Part shown: positions 59,988 through 64,000 of the stretch, in pieces
Layout of the letters: each line of letters begins with the position of its first letter
How positions within the stretch are numbered: position 1 is the first letter of the stretch
Assembly: GCA_964016885.1 (NCBI GenBank)
Contig: OZ024742.1
Span: 82,088,001 to 82,152,000, forward strand
Length of the DNA stretch: 64,000 nucleotides
Direction: 5' to 3'
From: Eledone cirrhosa
Lineage: Eukaryota
The notes under the pieces: generated by a model
The model's database searches: none
What the model was told of the DNA's origin: nothing
What the model saw: the letters and a program-made list of their open reading frames with translations, nothing else
Translations under genes and position numbers: made by a program

Positions 59988-61683
59988 ACGATATTAACAA
60001 ATGCAAACTATATTTATAAAACCATATTTATTTCATTATACATATTTCAAGGACACCAAGTTAAATTATGGTGTGCTTTCATCAGATAAAATATAATATA
60101 GATCAGTTTTATAAATAAATATTGACACACCCTTAAAAAATGCAACCAATACTGTTGGAAACTCCCTGATAGTGGATTGTAGCTTTAATTATATTATTAT
60201 TAGTATTGGATATTTTTATTTTTAAAATAAGCCGTTGGGTTACGGAGAAAGAGAAAGATAAATAAGGAGAGAGAGTAAAAAAAGAGAGAGAGACAGAGAA
60301 AAGAGAGAGAGACCAAAACAACAGAGGGAGAAAGATATATAGAGAGAGAGGAGACAGAGAGAAGGGCAGAAAACGAAAAACACTAAGTCATATCTTGTTG
60401 AGTTAACTTAACAATTGAGATGAAATGAATAAATAAAATTAGAAATGTTAATTATCATGAATGGAATATTCATATATAATATGAAAAATTAACCATTGTT
60501 TAAATATGATTAGATGTTTAGTTAATCATTTAAAAATTGAGATCAATGTATTAAAAATTGGGATCTATATATTAAGAAATCCATATATTACTAGAGAACT
60601 ACATATCATATAACACGTATACACACGCAAGAATACATATAAATATATATACACACTTATAAAATACATATACATATCTAATTACGTATATAATATATAC
60701 ACACAAAACATAAAGGATTCTTTAATTTAATTTAAGATATAGGAATCTTATAAAATGTTATAATTGTTAAGATATTAAAGGAATTTTTATGTTATACACA
60801 CTTTATGTTATTAAACAAATTTTTTTTAATATAAGTTTTATAAGATTACCTGTTATGTATTTATGGCTGTTATTATATGTCTATCTGTCACAAATCTTGG
60901 GATAATCACTATACATAAGTGCAATCAAATTGTATGGATATACACGCATATGTATATACACAATTCCAACATATACATATATATATATATATGTACCCTC
61001 AACCAATAGGTAGATACGCATCACGTATACATATACATACAGATAGACATACATTCATAAAAACGCATAAAACATATGTACATGTATGTCAATACACACA
61101 TATACTTATATACTCACATATAGAGAGAAGTATATATAAATACAGTACATAGTATAATTGAGTACATAAAATACAAAAGAATTATATTACAATTTGGAAA
61201 TATAATTATAAGCAATATAACTTTAAAAACAATACAATTTTAAAATATTATAGAATATTTTAAGTTATAATTTCAAAATAATAGTATGTTTAATAGATTT
61301 AGTATAGACATTTATTTTACGTATATTTAACTTAAAATTTTGAAAGGATAAACTTTCGAAAATAGGAGAAAGTATCAGAACGATAAAAAAAGAATAAAAA
61401 AATGTATTTATTTATCTTTCTCTTTCTCCGTAACCCAACGGCTTATTTTAAAAATAAAAATATCCAATACTAATAATAATATAATTAAAGCTACAACTCC
61501 ACTATCCGGGAGCTTCCAACAGTAATGGTTGCATTGTTAAGGGTATGTCAATATTTATTCATAAAACTGATCTATATTATATTTTATCTGATGAAAGCAC
61601 ACCATAATTTAACTTGGTGTGCTTGAAATATGTATAATGAAATAAATATGGTTTTATAAATATAGTTTCCATTTGTTAATATC

Positions 61684-61685
<2 letters not shown>
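59988..61685. mobile_element. ORF-less fold-back element with ~275-bp inverted arms, each with a hammerhead motif
   Basis: 59988-60265 and 61408-61685 are reverse complements. CTGATGA-AAGCACACCA..TGGTGTGCTT-GAAA-TATG-TA at 61588-61634 (+) and 60038-60085 (-). Confidence 0.85.
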
Positions 61686-61757
<72 letters not shown>

Positions 61758-61799
61758 AATGTGGAGAGGAAGCACACGAGTTAGGATATATATATATAT

Positions 61800-64000
61800 A
61801 TGAAAACAGGGAGAAAGAGACGATTATTAGGAAGAAAAATATTTCTTTTTACTTTTTTGTTTCTCTCTCTCTCTTTTCTGGGTTAGAAAATGATTAAAAC
61901 GAAATGTTTTACTTGTGTGAAGTGTTAAGGTACTAGTTGATTTATTTATTATTTAACAATGGCATTCATTTGTCTATTTATATATTTAATAATTGTCTAT
62001 TACCGGTTTCAGCATTTCTATGTATTATCAAATGATTGTGAAATGTATTAGTGTGGTGTCACATATGTTAAAGAGAAGGTGCAAAAATAATAATGTTATT
62101 TACAAACAAGATTTATGAAGTGAAAAGAAAAAAGCAAAAAAGCAAATGAGAACGGACATTATGTAGAGCATAAAAAGTCAATGTGGAAGAAAAAGAATGT
62201 TATTTGCAGGCATAGTTCTTGAAGTTAAGCAGATCAAAATGTGTTAATATAGCAAGAGTGCTTAGTTGATCCATGATTCCATGATGGAGGCAAATGGTGG
62301 ACTGAGGTTTGATATGTTTTCCCTTTTTAGAGAGTTAATATGAAGGGGGAACCAATTTTTGCTGGATGATATTTAATTTATTTAAGAAAAAGGATTAGGT
62401 AGGGTGTGAGGGAGGGAACTCTTATAAATGTTTGATTGCTTATTGCTGTTTTAGATTGGTCCGATTTTTAGAGCATTAAGTAGAGGTTGGCATTTGTTAA
62501 TGAAATATGGTTCCTTATTTGTACGTTGGATTAAAGTAGCGTTGTCTATGAATTTGTAAATGGGGAACATTTTAAAGTTTGGATGTTGCTTGTGAGCACA
62601 ATTTTCCATATGTTCACTAAATGCAATCTTTCTGTATTACTGTATTTCAATGTGTGATTTATGGACGGTCCTACGTTAACAGAGGCTGTTTTTTGTCTGT
62701 CCTATGTAGTGTTCTTGACAACCTGAGCAGGTCAAAACATAAATAAGGTTTTCAGATGCACATATAAAGTATTATTTAACTGTGAAACGCTGTCCTTGTT
62801 TAAAATGGAATGTTGAACCTTCTATTAGATTTATGCATATGCCACAGTTGGGCCTTCCGCATTTTGTTTCTGTAGGGTCCATTGTGAGGATTGGTTGGCT
62901 TTTGGGTTGTGTGAGGATGTTTTTCTATGGATTTAGGTTGTTTTCTGCTCTTTATGATGTTGTGTGTTTGGAGGATTTGGTTCATTCTTGAGTCTCGATT
63001 TAGTAAAGGAATGTTCTGGAGGATTGTGTCGAATGCCTCATTATTGAGGGGGTTGTGTGTGGAGATGTATGGTAGAGTTTTTTTGTTGCGGTTCATTCCT
63101 GGGTTTTGGGTGTCTGTGTTCCTGGATGTCCATTGTTGATTAGTGATGGTGGGTAGTTTCTGCTGTTAAGTGTGTTTTTAATTATTCTAGTCGTGTGTAG
63201 CATGTGTATTTATCTGAAAATATTGTGCAGATCCTTCTGGCTAGATTATAAGGAAATGCCATTTTGGTGTGTCTAGGGTGGCACGAGTTGAATGGAAGGT
63301 ATTGTTTGGATACTGTAGGTTTGTAGTATATGTCTGTTTCTATTTTGTTGCTTGTTTTCTTGATGAGGATATTGAGGAAAGGGAGTTCTTCATGGCTGTA
63401 ATCCATTATGAATTGTAAGTTTGTGTTGAGTCCATTGAGAAGGGTTTTAAACTCAAACAGTCTATCTATACTTTCATGCCAGAGGATGAAGCAGTCGTCC
63501 AGATATCTCTTCCAGTTGTTTTCTATGTGTTGGTAGAAGTAGTTGTCGTATTTGTCTAGAACTTTGCGGTAGAGAGTGGTTTCCAAATATCCCATGACAA
63601 GGTTGGCGTATGATGAGGGCCACTCTCGTGCCCATGGCAGTCCCGTATTTCTGTCTGTAGTATTTGGCATTGAATTTTAAGATATTGTTTTCCAAGATGA
63701 ATTTGAGTCCCTCCAGCACAAAATCTTTATGGATGCGCTGTGGGAGTTCACTAGCGAAATTTTCCATCCAGAATTATATTGCCTCTATAGCTAGGTTGTG
63801 TGGGATATTGAAATATAAATTGATGAAATCAAAGATTACTAGTAGGGTATGTTCATTATTGGATGTTGTTGGGAGGTGGTTGAGCATGTCAAGGTCGTCC
63901 CTTATGAAGCTGTTTATGTGTTTTAGGAAAGGTTTAAGCAGAATAACTAGGAAGTTGCTTAGCCGGTGGGTTTCACATATGGTGCCTGCTATTATGGGTC
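61800..64000 (-). mobile_element. Penelope-like element (Penelope/Poseidon-like), RT + GIY-YIG + pLTR; runs off window
   Basis: RPIIAG, YRQKYGTAMGT, YANLVMG, KRYLDDCF, LPFL, TDIYYKPT..YLPFNSCHP, and GIY-YIG NLIYVLTCSGCQEHYIGQT (ORF ends ~62451). Decayed hammerhead ..ATGCT-GAAA-CCGG-TA at 61997-62036. Confidence 0.92.

Overview
AT-rich animal DNA, most likely a cephalopod such as Octopus. That call rests on the tRNA-SINE family, the (AT)n/(CA)n density and the TE spectrum, and is an inference. No host gene, rRNA, true tRNA or CRISPR array can be supported. The window is a nest of decayed transposons: two opposite-facing R4/Dong LINEs, a near full-length Tx1-clade LINE, an RTE-BovB-like LINE and other RTE fragments, five Penelope-like element (PLE) remnants, a maT-type Tc1/mariner, a hAT-type shell, an Academ-like remnant and SINEs. 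The main signal not shown by the ORF track is about 20 minimal type-I hammerhead-ribozyme motifs, some with intact cores and many decayed, from roughly a dozen dissimilar sequence families. Most sit in short ORF-less fold-back (inverted-repeat) elements whose two arms both read outward and end in (AT)n tracts. Several families also carry an NRF1-type GCGCATGCGC palindrome just upstream of the ribozyme. All structures were read by eye, and coordinates are approximate to a few bases.
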